Part shown: piece after piece, positions 1 through 12,302 of the stretch | How positions within the stretch are numbered: the stretch's first letter is position 1 | Layout: each line of letters begins with the position of its first letter | From: Pristiophorus japonicus | Lineage: Eukaryota | DNA: 64,000 nucleotides | Direction: 5' to 3' | NCBI RefSeq assembly: GCF_044704955.1 | Contig: NC_091999.1 | Location: 20,150,001-20,214,000, forward strand | Notes under the pieces: generated by a model | What the model saw: the letters and a program-made list of their open reading frames with translations, nothing else | Databases searched by the model: none | Told to the model about the DNA's origin: nothing | Made by a program: the position numbers and the translations under genes

Positions 1-174
1 TTTTCTTGGTATAGATTCATATTAAAAAGTTCCAGAGCAATATAGAGCAGGAAAGATACAGCCTCTTCCAGATTTTTAGCAAACGGTGACTTTTTCACGA
101 TTCTGTGGCCGTCTGCTGCACAGAGATGGATAATTGAGTTTTAACTGAGTAACATTTAAAAAGGCAGCGAGCCT

Positions 175-256
175 GCAGTCGTGGCCCAGTGGTTAAGGCC
201 ATAAACGAAAAACCTATTCGGGGTTCCCCGCATCGATTTGAATTCTGCCAACTCCG
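175..256 (+). pseudogene. tRNA-Ser(AGA)-derived pseudogene, anticodon AAA
   Basis: 82-nt match to vertebrate tRNA-Ser (GTAGTCGTGGCCGAGTGGTTAAGGC...GAATCCTGCCGACTACG). Loop CGAAAAA, broken T-stem and B-box. Confidence 0.85.
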
Positions 257-650
257 TTTCTCAGCATATTTCATTCTGTTGGACAACTTAATCAGGTCCC
301 TGCAAAACTGATTCTGAGATAGACGGGACAACGTCCCACACCTTTCAATGCCGCCGCTGTTTTCTTTCTTTCATTAATCTGCAATTCTCACGATACATAC
401 GGATAGAAAATCGCAAAAATCAGACAAAGTTGCGACAGTGATTCAGCCTGTCTATCCCTCAAGATGTCTAAGGCATCTGTGCATGTCCGTTGGTGCATGT
501 ACATTTTTGTGTGTGTGTCTCTGTGTCTGTATATCTGTAAAAATGTCTATGTGTATGTGCAACTGTCTGTGGAAATCATCACCATGAGTTTGGTATGTCC
601 TGGAACTTAAAAAAAAGACTTGGGGAAAGTATTATGGCTGTAAACTTTTG

Positions 651-902
651 TCTAAGCTTTGGTTCAGTGGCAGCATTCTTGACTGAATCAGGAGTTTGTG
701 TGTTCAAGTCGCACTCCTGAGACTTGAGCATATAATCTTGGCTAACACACAACTGCAGCACTTGGGGAATTTTACATTGTTGAAACTGTTGACTTTCGGA
801 TGAAATGTTAAATTGAAGCTCCGTCTGCGCACTCGGGTGATTGTGAGAGGTCCCAGAGCATTACTCGAAAAAGAATAGGAGAGTTGCCCCCGTGTCAATA
901 TT
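651..902 (+). mobile_element. 5' part of a tRNA-derived DeuSINE-type SINE embedded in the array unit (present ~360-110 bp upstream of every Leu copy)
   Basis: Aligns by eye to the SINE at 62100-62505: tggttcagtgg (A box), gttcaagtcgcactcctgagacttgagca, ttcggatgaaatgttaaattgaagctccgtctg, aggtccca..., gtcaatatt. Confidence 0.75.
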
Positions 903-1011
903 CCGAAAAATTTTCGGAAATGCTCCCTGAAACCCGATGTGTTTGTGTGTGTCTGTGGCGGTGGAGTTGAAGCCCAGATTCTCACATAAACAGAATCCAA
1001 TTGCTGACGGC

Positions 1012-1094
1012 ACCAAGATGGCCGAGTGGTTAAGGCGTTGGCCTTAAAATCCAATGAGTTTATATCCGCGTGGGTTCGAAACCCACTCCTGGCA
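1012..1094 (+). pseudogene. tRNA-Leu(TAA) copy 1, acceptor and anticodon-stem mismatches
   Basis: ACCAAGATGGCCGAGTGGTTAAGGCGTTGGCCTTAAAATCCAA...GTTCGAAACCCACTCCTGGCA. Confidence 0.85.
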
Positions 1095-2290
1095 ATTGCT
1101 TAATTAAACAGTGATTTCTCCCATTTTGTTCAGTGATATCTGTTGCATTTCCATTTTTCTTCAACTCGGTGACAATCTGAGCAGATAATGAAATGAAATT
1201 GTGAAATGTATCTGTATCGCTCAGACTCTGCCTCTCGCTCTCTCTTTAGAGAGCTGTATATGTATTTGTGTGTTTGAGTCTTTGTCTCTCTCAGTCTGCC
1301 TCTCTCTGATTCACTCTGTCTGTCCCTGTTTCTCTGTTTCTCTCTGTCTCTCAATCTGTCTCCTTCACACGGTATCCAGTTGTGTTCCAATGGGATTCTG
1401 TCATACTCTCTGTCTGACTGTCTCGTTCTTTCCCATCATCTCTGTCTTTGCCTGTCTCTGCTCGTCCCTGTCTCTAACCTGATGAGTATTTCCATCATTT
1501 TCTGTTTTTGTCTCTATGTCTCTCTCTCTCTATTTATCTTTCTCTCTATCTGTCTCCCTCTTTGTCTCTCTCCTTGTCCCTGTCTTTCTCTCACTCTTTC
1601 CCACCATCTCTTTATAAATCACACAAACACATCTCTGTACATGTATGTGTTTGAGTCTTTGCCTCACTCAGTCTGACCCTAACTCTCAGTCTCAAACTTT
1701 CTGTCTCTCTCTGTCTCTACCTCGCTCTCTGTTTCTCCCTGTTTCGCTGTTTGTCTCTGTCTCTCAATGTGCCTGTCTCTTTCTCACGGTGTCCAGTTGT
1801 GTTCCAATGGGATTCTCTCAGTCTCTCTGTCTGACTGTCTCACTCTTTCCCATCATCTCTGTCTATCTATGTCTCTGCCTGCCTGTCTCTCTTTGCCTGT
1901 CGCTTGTAGTTCCTGTCTCTACCCTGCTGAGAATTTCCAACATTTTCTTTTTATTTCTTTGTCTCTCTGTCTATCTGTCGCTCTCTCTCCATCTGTCTCT
2001 CTCCTTGTCACTGTCTTTATGATTGTCTTTCTCTCACTCTTTCCCTCTTTCTCTTTATAGATCACACACACAGATCTCTTTAGATGTATGTGTTTGAGAG
2101 TCTTTTTCTCACTCAGTCTGCCTCTCGTTTTCAGTCTCACACTTGCTGTCTCTCGTTGTCTCGATCTCGCTGTCTGTCTCTCCCTGTTTGTCGGTTTGAC
2201 GCTGTCTCTCAATGTGTCTGTCGACTTTTCATGGTGTCCAGTTCTATTCACAGCTCGAATATTGCATTGACAAAACCCATGCGCATCAAT

Positions 2291-2361
2291 TCCTCGTGGG
2301 AAAGTGGTGAATATCCCCACGTGTCACACGGTAGACCACGGTTCAATTCCCTAACGGGGAG
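2291..2361 (+). pseudogene. tRNA-Asp(GTC)-derived pseudogene
   Basis: TCCTCGTGGGAAAGTGGTGAATATCCCC...TGTCAC...GGTTCAATTCCCTAACGGGGAG; D-arm altered and 1 nt short versus canonical tRNA-Asp. Confidence 0.85.
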
Positions 2362-2567
2362 GCTGCATTTTACTAAAGGCAGAATTTTTCTTCTGTTTCT
2401 TGGTATAGATTCATATTAAAAAGTTCCAGAGCAATATGGAGCAGCAACAATACACCCTCTTCCAGATTTCGAGCAAACGGTGGCTTCTTCACGATTCTGT
2501 GGCCGTCTGCTGCACAGAGATGGATGGTTGAGTTTTAAATGAGTAACATTTAAAAAGGCAGCGACCA

Positions 2568-2649
2568 GTAGTCGTGGCCTAGTGGTTAAGGCCATAGACT
2601 AAAAATCCATTCTGGTTTCCCCGCATAGATTTGAATCCTGCCGACTCCG
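2568..2649 (+). pseudogene. tRNA-Ser-derived pseudogene, anticodon AAA
   Basis: GTAGTCGTGGCCTAGTGGTTAAGGCC ATAGA CTAAAAA TCCAT...GATTTGAATCCTGCCGACTCCG. Confidence 0.85.
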
Positions 2650-3404
2650 TTTCTCAGCATATTTCATTCTGTTTGACAATTTAACCAGGTCCCTGCAAAA
2701 CTGATTCTGAGATAGACGGAACAACGTTCCACACCTTTCAATGCCGCCGCTGTTTTCTTTCTTTCATTAATCTGCAATATTCACGATACTTACGGATAGA
2801 AAATCGCAAAAATCAGCCAAAGTTGCGACATTGATTCAGCCTGTCTATCCCTCGAGATGTCTAAGGCATCTGTGCATGTCCGTTGGTGCGTGTAAATTTG
2901 TGTGTGTGTGTCTCTGTGTCTGTCTATCTGTAAAAATGTCTGTGTGTATGTGCAACTGTCTATGGAAATCATCACCATGAATTTGGTATATCCTGGAACT
3001 TAAAAAAAAGACTTGGGGAAAGTAATATGGCTGTGAACTTTTGTCTCAGCTTTGGTTCAGTGGCAGAATTCTTGACTGAATCACGAGTTTGTGTGTTCAA
3101 GTCGCACTCCTGAGACTTGAGCATATAATCTTGGCTAACTCTCAACTGCAGCACTTGGGGAATTTTGCAGTGTTGAAACTGTTGACTTTCGGATGAAATG
3201 TTAAATTGAAGCTCCGTCTGCGCACTCGGGTGGTTGTGAGAGATCCCAGAGCATTACTCGAAAAAGAATAGGAGAGTTGCCCCTGTGTCAATATTGCTAA
3301 AAATGATCGGAAATGCTCCCTGAAACCCTTCGTATTTGTGTGTGTCTGTGGGGGTGGATTTGAAGCCCAGATTCTCACAGAGACAGAATCCAATCGCTGA
3401 CGAG

Positions 3405-3487
3405 ACCAGGATGGCCGAGTGGTTAATGCGTTGGGCTTAAGATCCAATGGGTTAATACCCGCGTGGGTTCGAACCCCACTCCTGGTA
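3405..3487 (+). tRNA. tRNA-Leu(TAA) copy 2, one D-stem mismatch
   Basis: 83-nt cloverleaf, intact acceptor and T arm; TTAATGCG instead of TTAAGGCG. Confidence 0.75.
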
Positions 3488-5012
3488 ATTACTTAATTAA
3501 ACAGTGATTTCTCCCATTCTGCTCAGTGATAACTGATTTTCATCTGTTGCATTTGCATTTTTCTGTAGCTCGGTGACACTCTGAGCAGATAATGAAATGA
3601 AATTGTGAAATGTATCTGTGTCGCTTTGTCTCTGCCCCTCTCTCTTTGGAGAGCTGTGTATGTGTTTGTGTATTTGAGTCTCTGTCTGTATCAGTCTGCC
3701 TCTCTCTGATTCACTCTGTTTATCCCTTTTACTCTGTTTGCCTCTGTTGCTCAATCTGTCTCTTTCTGATGGTGTCAAGTTCTGTTCCAAATGGATTCTA
3801 TCAGACTCTCTGTCTGACTGTCTCTCTCTTCACATCATCTCTGTCTGTCCATGTATTTGCCTGTCTCTGTTACTCCCTGCCTCTAACCTGATGAGTATTT
3901 CCATCATTTTCTGTTTTTGCCTCTTTGTCTCTCTCTCTCTATCTGTCTTTCTCTCTATCTGTCTCCCTCTTTGTCTCTCTCTTTGTCCCTGGCTTTTTCT
4001 TGTCATTCCATCACTATTTGCCTCCCTCTCTTTTTGGAGCACGCAAACACATCTCTGTGTACGTGTTTTCAAGTCTTTGTCTCACTCAGTCTGACCCTCC
4101 GTCTCAGTCTCAAACTTCCTGTCTCTCTCTGTCTCTATCTCACTGTCTGTCACTCCCTGTTTTCGTCTTTGTCTCTGTTTCTCACGGTGTCCAGTTCTGT
4201 TCCAATCGGATTTTCTCAGTCTCTCTTTCTGACTGTCTCACTCTTTCCCATCATCTCTGTCTGTCTATGTCTCTGCCTGTCTGTCTCTCTTTGTCTGTCT
4301 CTGTTAGTGCCTGTCTCTATCCTGATAAATATTTCCATCATTTTCTGTTTTTTCTCTATATCTCTCTCTCTATCTGTATCTCTCCTTGCCACTGTCTTTA
4401 TCATTGTTTTCTCTCATTCTATCCCTCTCTCTCTTTATAGATCTCACACACAAACCTCTGTATCTCAATGCGTTTGAGTCTTTTTCTCACTCAGTATGCC
4501 TCTCCTTTTTGTGTGTATGTCTCTGTGTCTGTCTATCTGTAAAAATGTCTATGTGTATGTGCAACTGTCTGTGGAAATCATCACCATGAATTTGGTATGT
4601 CCTGGAACTTAAAAAAAAGGCTTGGGAAAATAATATGGCTGTGAACTTTTGTCTCAGCTTTGGTTCAGTGGCAGCATTCTTGACTGAATCAGGAGTTTGT
4701 GTGTTCATGTCGCACTCCTGAGACTTGAGCATTTCATCTTGGCTAACTCTCAACTGCAGCACTTGGGGAATTTTGCAGTGTTGAAACTGTTGACTTTCGG
4801 ATGAAATGTTAAATTGAAGCTCCGTCTGCGCACTCGGGTGGTTGTTAGAGGTCCCAGAGCATTACTCGAAAAAGAATAGGAGAGTTGCCCCCGTGTCAAT
4901 ATTCCGAAAAATGTTCGGAAATCCTCCCTGAAACCCGATGTGTTTGTGTGTGTCTGTGGAGGTGGAGTTGAAGCCCAGATTCTCACATAGACAGAATCCA
5001 ATCGCTGACGGC

Positions 5013-5095
5013 ACCAGAATTGCCGAGTGGTTAAGGCGTTGGGCTTAAGATCCAATAGGTTCATACCCGCGTGGGTTCGAATCCCACTCCAGGTA
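5013..5095 (+). pseudogene. tRNA-Leu(TAA) copy 3, acceptor mismatches
   Basis: ACCAGAATTGCCGAG...CCACTCCAGGTA. Confidence 0.8.
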
Positions 5096-6287
5096 ATTAC
5101 TTAATTAAACAGTGATTTCTCCCATTCTGCTCAGTGATAACTGATTTTCATCTGTTGCATTTGCATTTTTCTGTTGCTCGTTGACAATCTGAGCAGATAA
5201 TGAAATGAAATTGCGAAATGTGTCTGTATCGCTCAGTCTCTGCCTGTCGCTCTGTCTTTAGAGAGCTGTATATGTATTTGTGTGTTTGAGTCTTGTCTCT
5301 CTCAGTCTGCCTCTCTCTGATTCATGTTGTCTGTCCCTGTTTCTCTGCTTGACTCTGTCTCCTTCACACGGTATCCAGTTCTGTTCCAATGGGATTCTGT
5401 CATACTCTCTGTCTGACTGTCTCGTTCTTTCCCATCATCTCTGTCTTTGCCTGTCTCTGCTCGTCCCTGTCTCTAACCTGATGAGTATTTCCATCATTTT
5501 CTGTTTTTGTCTCGATGTCTCTCTCTCTCTATTTATCTTTCTCTCAATCTGTCTCCCTCTTTGTCTCTCTCCTTGTCCCTGTCTTTCTCTCACTCTTTCC
5601 CTCCCTCTCTTTATAAATCACACAAACACATCTCTGTATATATATGTGTTTGAGTCTTTGCCTCACTCAGTCTGACCCTAACTCTCAGTCTCAAACTTTC
5701 TGTCTCTCTCTGTCTCTACCTCGCTGTCAGTTTCTCACTGTTTTGCTGTTTGTTTGTGTCTCTCAATGTGCTTGTCTCTTTCTCACGGTGTCCAGTTGTG
5801 TTCCAATGGGATTCTCTCAGTCTCTGTCTGACTGTCTCACTCTTTCCCATCATCTCTGTCTATCTATGTCTCTGCCTGCCTGTCTCTCTTTGCCTGTCGC
5901 TGGTAGTTCCTGTCTCTAACCTGCTGAGAATTTCCAACATTTTATTTTTATTTCTTTGTCTCTCTGTCGATCTGTCGCTCTCTCTCCATCTGTCTCTCTC
6001 CTTGTCACTTTCTTTATGATTGTCTTTCTCTCACTCTTTCCCTCTTTCTCTTTATAGATCACACACACAGATTTATTTAGATGTATGTGTTTGAGAGTCT
6101 TTTTCTCACTCAGTCTGCCTCTCGTTTTCAGTCTCACACTTGCTGTCTCTCGTTGTCTCGATCTCGCTGTCTGTCTCTCCCTGTTTGTCGGTTTGTCTCT
6201 GTCTCGCAATGTGTCTGTCGACTTCTCATGGTGTCCAGTTCTATTCACAGCTCGAATATTGCTTTGACAAAACCCATGCGCATCACT

Positions 6288-6358
6288 TCCTCGTGGGAAA
6301 GTGGTGAATATCCCCGCCTGTCACACGTGAGACCACGGTTCAATTCCCTAACGGGGAG
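6288..6358 (+). pseudogene. tRNA-Asp(GTC)-derived pseudogene
   Basis: Same derived D-arm as the 2291 copy; loop CTGTCAC. Confidence 0.85.
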
Positions 6359-6564
6359 GCTGCATTTTACAAAAGGCAGAATTTTGCTTCTGGTTCTTGG
6401 TATAGATTCATATTAAAAAGTTCCAGAGCAATATAGAGCAGCAAAAATACAGCCTCTTCCAGATTTTTAGCAAACGGTGACTTTTTCACTATTCTGTTGC
6501 CGTCTGCTGCACAGAGATGGATGGTTAAGTTTTAACTGAGTAACATTTAAAAAGGCACGAGCCA

Positions 6565-6646
6565 GTAGTCGTGGCTCATTGGTTAAGGCCATAGACTAAA
6601 AATCCATTCGGGTTTCCCCGCATAGATTTGAATCCTGCCGACTCCG
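6565..6646 (+). pseudogene. tRNA-Ser-derived pseudogene, anticodon AAA
   Basis: Loop CTAAAAA; B-box GATTTGAATC. Confidence 0.85.
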
Positions 6647-7413
6647 TTTCTCTGCATATTTCATTCTGTTTGACAATTTAACCAGGTCCCTGCAAAACTG
6701 ATTCTGAGATAGACGGAACAACGTCCCACACCTTTCAATGCCGCTGCTTTCTTTCTTTCTTTCTTTCTTTCTTTCATTAATCTGCAATATTCACGATACA
6801 TACGGATAGTAAATCGCAAAAATCAGCCAAAGTTGCGACAATGATTCAGAATGTCTATCCCTCGAGATGTCTGAGGCATCTGTGCATGTCCGTTGGTGCG
6901 TGTAAATTTTTGTGTGTATGTCTCTGTGTCTGTCTATCTGTAAAAATGTCTATGTGTATGTGCAACTGTCTGTGGAAATCATCACCATGAATTTGGTATG
7001 TCCTGGAACTTAAAAAAAAGACTTGGGAAAGTAATATGGCTGTGAACTTTTGTCTCAGCTTTGGTTCAGTGGCAGCATTCTTGACTGAATCAGGAGTTTG
7101 TGTGTTCATGTCGCACTCCTGAGACTTGAGCATTTCATCTTGGCTAACTCTCAACTGCAGCACTTGGGGAATTTTGCAGTGTTGAAACTGTTGACTTTCG
7201 GATGAAATGTTAAATTGAAGCTCCGACTGCGCACTCGGGTGGTTGTGAGAGGTCCCAGAGCATTACTCGAAAAAGAAAAGGAGAGTTGCCCCCGTGTCAA
7301 TATTCTGAAATATGTTCGGAAATCCTCCCTGAAACCCGATGTGTTTGTGTGTGTCTGTGGAGGTGGAGTTGAAGCCCAGATTCTCACATAGACAGAATCC
7401 AATCGCTGACGGC

Positions 7414-7496
7414 ACCAGGATGGCCGAGTGGTTAAGGCGTTGGGCTTAAGATCTAATGGGTTCATACCCGCGTGGGTTCGAACCCCACTCCTGGTA
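7414..7496 (+). tRNA. tRNA-Leu(TAA) copy 4
   Basis: Intact A/B boxes and acceptor stem; two G-U pairs in the anticodon stem (TTGGG/TCTAA). Confidence 0.75.
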
Positions 7497-8703
7497 ATTA
7501 CTTAATTAAACAGTGATTTCTCCCATTCTGCTCAGTGATAACTGATTTTCATCTGTTGCATTTGCATTTTTCTGTAGCTCGGTGACAATCTGAGCAGATA
7601 ATGAAATGAAATTGCGAAATGTGTCTGTATCGCTCAGTCTCTGCCTCTCGCTCTGTCTTTAGAGAGCTGTATATGTATTTGTGTGTTTGAGTCTTTGTCT
7701 CTCTCAGTCCGCCTCTCTCTGATTCACTCTGTCTGTCCCTGTTTCTCTGTTTGTCTCTGTCTCTCAATCTGTCTCCTTCACACGGTATCCAGTTCTGTTC
7801 CAATGGGATTCTGTCATACTCTCTGTCTGACTGTCTCGTTCTTTCCCATCATCTATGTCTTTGCCTGTCTCTGCTCGTCCCTGTCTCTAACCTGATGAGT
7901 ATTTCCATCATTTTCTGTTTTTGTCTCGATGTCTCTCTCTCTCTATTTATCTTTCTCTCTATCTGTCTCCCTCTTTGTCTCTCTCCTTGTCCCTGTCTTT
8001 CTCTCACTCTTTACCTCCCTCTCTTTATAAATCACACAGACACATCTCTGTATATGTATGTGTTTGAGTCTTTCCCTCACTCAGTCTGACCCTCCCTCTC
8101 AGTCTCAAACTTTATGTCTCTCTCTATCTCTACCTCGCTGTCTGTTTCTCTCTGTTTCACTGTTTGTCTCTGTCTCTCAATGTGCCTGTCTCTTTCTCAC
8201 GTTGTCCAGTTGTGTTCCAATGGGATTCTCTCAGTCTCTCTGTCTGACTGTCTCACTCTTTCCCATCATCTCTGTCTATCTATGTCTCTGCCTGCCTGTC
8301 TCTCTTTGCCTGTCGCTGGTAGTTCCTCTCTCTAACCTGCTGAGAATTTCCAACATTTTCTTTTTATTTCTTTGTCTCTCTGTCTATCTGTCGCTCTCTC
8401 TCCATCTGTCTCCCTCCTTGTCACTGTCTTTATGATTGTCTTTCTCTCACTCTTTCCCTCTTTCTCTTTATAGATCACACACACAGATCTCCTTAGATGT
8501 ATGTGTTTGGGAGTCTTTTTCTCACTCAGTCTGCCTCTCGTTTTCAGTCTCACACTTGCTGTCTCTCGTTGTCTCGATCTCGCTGTCTGTCTCTCCCTGT
8601 TTGTCGGTTTGTCTCTGTCTCGCAATGTGTCTGTCGACTTCTCATGGTGTCCAGTTCTATTCACAGCTCTAATATTGCTTTGACAAAACCCATGCGCATC
8701 AAT

Positions 8704-8774
8704 TCCTCGTGGGACAGTGGTGAATATCCCCACCTGTCACACGGGAGACCACGGTTCAATTCCCTAACGGGAAG
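8704..8774 (+). pseudogene. tRNA-Asp(GTC)-derived pseudogene
   Basis: As other array Asp copies. Confidence 0.85.
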
Positions 8775-8980
8775 GCTGCATTTTATAAAAGGCAGAATCT
8801 TGCTTCTGTTTCTTGAGAAAGATTCATATTAAAAAGTTCCAGAGCAATATAGAGCAGCAAAATCACAGCCTCTTCCAGGTTTTTAGCAAACGGTGACTTT
8901 TTCACTATTCTGTGGCCGTCTGCTGCACAGAGATGGATGTTGAGTTTTAACTGAGTAACATTAAAAAAGGCAGCGAGCCA

Positions 8981-9062
8981 GTAGTCGTGGCCCATTGGTT
9001 AAGGCCACAGACTAAAACTCCTTTCGGGTTTCCCTGCATAGATTTGAATCCTGCCGACTCCG
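8981..9062 (+). pseudogene. tRNA-Ser-derived pseudogene, anticodon AAA
   Basis: Loop CTAAAAC, degenerate stems. Confidence 0.8.
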
Positions 9063-9816
9063 TTTCTCAGCATATTTCATTCTGTTTGACAATTTAACCA
9101 GGTCCCTGCAAAACTGATTCTGAGATAGACGGAACAACGTCCCACACCTTTCAATGCCGCTGCTATTTTCTTTCATTCATTAATCTGCAATATTCACGAT
9201 ACATCCGGATAGAAATACGCAAAAATCAGCCTAAGTTGCGACCGTGATTCAGCCTGTCTATCCCTCGAGAAGTCTAAGGCATCTGTGCATTTCCGTTGGT
9301 GCGTGTACATTATTGTGTGTGCGTCTCTGTGTCTGTCTATCTGTAAAAATGTCTATGTGTATGTGCAACTGTCTGTGGAAATCATCACCATGAATTTGGT
9401 ATGTCCTGGAACTTAAAAAAAAGACTTGGGAAAGTAATATGGCTGTGAACATTTGTCTCAGCTTTGGTTCAGTGGCAGCATTCTTGACTGAATCAGGAGT
9501 TTGTGTGTTCAAGTCGCACTCCTGAGACTTGAGCATATAATCTTGACTAACACTCAACTGCAGCATTTGGGGAATTTTGCATTGTTGAAACTGTTGACTT
9601 TCGGATGAAATGTTAAATTGAAGCTCCGTCTGCGAACTCGGGTGGTTGTGAGAGGTCCCAGAGCATTACTCGAAAAAGAATATGAAAGTTGCCCCCGTGT
9701 CAATATTCCGAAAAATGTTCCGAAATACTCCCTGAAACCCGATGCATTTGTGTGTGTCTGTGGAGGTGGAGTTGAAGCCCAGATTCTCATATTGACAGAA
9801 CCCAATTGCTGACAGC

Positions 9817-9899
9817 ACCAGGATGGCCGAGTGGTTAAGGCGTTGGGCTTAAGATCCAATGGGTTTATACACGCGTGGGTTCAAACCCCAGTCCTGGTA
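9817..9899 (+). pseudogene. tRNA-Leu(TAA) copy 5, T-arm and variable-arm mismatches
   Basis: GGTTCAAACCCCAGTCCTGGTA. Confidence 0.75.
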
Positions 9900-11106
9900 A
9901 TTACTTAATTAAACAGTGATTTTTCCCATTCTGCTCAGTGTTAACTGAATTTCATCTGTTGCATTTGCATTTTTCTGCAGCTCGGTGACAATCTGAGCAG
10001 ATAATGAAATGAAATAGTGAAATGTATCTCTATCGCTCAGTCTCTGCCTCTCGATCTGTCTTGAGAGAGCTGTATATGTATTTGTGTGTTTGAGTCTTTG
10101 TCTCTCTCAGTCTGCCTCTCTCTGATTCACTCTGTCTGTCCCTGTTTCTCTGTTTGTCTCTGTCTCTCAATCTGTCTCCTTCACACGGTATCCAGTTCTG
10201 TTCCAATGGGATTCTGTCATGCTCTCTGTCTGACTGTCTCGTTCTTTCCCATCATCTATGTCTTTGCCTGTCTCTGCTCGTCCCTGTCTCTAACCTGATG
10301 AGTATTTCCATCATTTTCTGTTTTTGTCTCGATGTCTCTCTCTCTCTATTTATCTTTCTCTCTATCTGTCTCCGTCTTTGTCTCTCTCCTTGTCCCTGTC
10401 TTTCTCTCACTCTTTCCCTCCCTCTCTTTATAAATCACACAAACACATCTCTGTATATGTATGTGTTTGAGTCTTTGCCTCACTCAGTCTGACCCTAACT
10501 CTCAGTCTCAAACTTTCTGTCTCTCGCTGTCTCTCCCTCGCTGTCTGTTTCTCCCTGTTTTGCTGTTTGTCTCTGTCTCTCAATGTGCCTGTCTCTTTCT
10601 CACGGTGTCCAGTTGTGTTCCAATGGGATTCTCTCAGTCTCTCTGTCTGACTGTCTCACTCTTTCCCATCATCTCTGTCTATCTATGTCTCTGCCTGCCT
10701 GTCTCTCTTTGCCTGTCGCTGGTAGTTCCTGTCTCTAACCTGCTGAGAATTTCCAACATTTTATTTTTATTTCTTTGTCTCTCTGTCTATCTGTCGCTCT
10801 CTCTCCATTTGTCTCTCTCCTTGTCACTTTCTTTATGATTGTTTTTCTCACACTCTTTCCCTCTTTCTCTTTATAGATCACACACACAGATCTCTTTAGA
10901 TGTATGTGTTTGAGAGTCTTTTTCTCACTCAGTCTGCCTCTCGTTTTCAGTCTCACACTTGCTGTCTCTCGTTGTCTCGATCTCGCTGTCTGTCTCTCCC
11001 TGTTTGTCGGTTTGTCTCTGTCTCGGAATGTGTCTGTCGACTTCTCATGGTGTCCAGTTCTATTCACAGCTCGAATATTGCTTTGACAAAACCCATGCGC
11101 AACAAT

Positions 11107-11177
11107 TCCTCGTGGGAAAGTGGTGAATATCCCCGCCTGTCACACGGCAGACCACGGTTCAATTCCCTAACGGGTTA
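11107..11177 (+). pseudogene. tRNA-Asp(GTC)-derived pseudogene, altered 3' end
   Basis: 3' end reads CTAACGGGTTAC. Confidence 0.8.
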
Positions 11178-11382
11178 CTGCATTTTACAAAAGGCAGAAT
11201 TTTTCTTCTGTTTCTTGGTATCGATTCATATTAAAAAGTTCCAGGGCAATATAGAGCAGCAGAAATACAGCCTCTTCCAGATTTATAGCAAACGGTGACT
11301 TTTTCACGATTCTGTGGCCGTCTGCTGCACAGAGATGGATGGTTAAGTTTTAACTGAGTAACATTTAAAAAGGCACGAGCCA

Positions 11383-11464
11383 GAAGTCGTGGCCCATTGG
11401 TTAAGGCCATAGACTAAAAATCCATTCGGGTTTCCCCGCATAGATTTGAATCCTGCCGACTCCG
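11383..11464 (+). pseudogene. tRNA-Ser-derived pseudogene, anticodon AAA
   Basis: GAAGTCGTGGCCCATTGG...CTAAAAA. Confidence 0.85.
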
Positions 11465-12219
11465 TTTCTCAGCATATTTCATTCTGTTTGACAATTTAAC
11501 CAGCTCCCTGCAAAACTGATTCTGAGATAGACGGAACAACGACCCACACCTTTCAATGCCGCCGCTATTTTCTTTCTTTCATTAATCTGCAATATTCACG
11601 ATACATACGGATAGAAAATCGCAAAAATCAGCCAAAGTTGCGACAATGATTCAGCATGTCTATCCCTCGAGATGTCTAAGGCATCTGTGCATGTCCGTTG
11701 GTGCGTGTACATTTTTGTGTGTGTGTCTCTGTGTCTGTCTATCTGTAAAAATGTCTATGTGTATGTGCAACTGTCTGTGGAAATCATCACCATGAATTTG
11801 GTATATCCTGGAACTTAAAAAAAAGACCTGTGGAAAGTAATATGGCTGTGAACTTTTGTCTGAGCTTTGGTTCAGTGGCAGCATACTTGACTGAATCAGG
11901 AGTTTGTGTGTTCAAGTCGAACTCCTGAGACTTGAGCATATAATCTTGGCTAACTCTCAACTGCAGCACTTGGGGATTTTTGCATTGTTGAAACTGTTGA
12001 CTTTCGGATGAAATGTTAAATTGAAGCTCCGTCTGCGCACTCTGGTGGTTGTGTGAGGTCCCAGAGCATTGCTGGAAAAAGAATAGGAGAGTTGCCCCCG
12101 TGTCAATATTCCGAAAAATGTTCGGAAATGCTCCCTGAAACCCGATGTGTTTGTGTGCGTCTGTGGAGGTGGAGTTGAAGCCCAGATTCTCACATAGACA
12201 GAATCCAAATGCTGACGGC

Positions 12220-12302
12220 ACCAGGATGGCCGAGTGGTTAAGGCGTTGGGCTTAAGATCCAATGGGTTTATACCCGGGTGGGTTCGAACCCCACTCCTGG
12301 TA
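12220..12302 (+). tRNA. tRNA-Leu(TAA) copy 6, near intact
   Basis: All stems pair; G31-U39; C->G just before the T-stem. Confidence 0.8.

Noticed and set aside
6748-6775. (TTTC)n expansion in one unit
   Set aside because: Ordinary microsatellite slippage.
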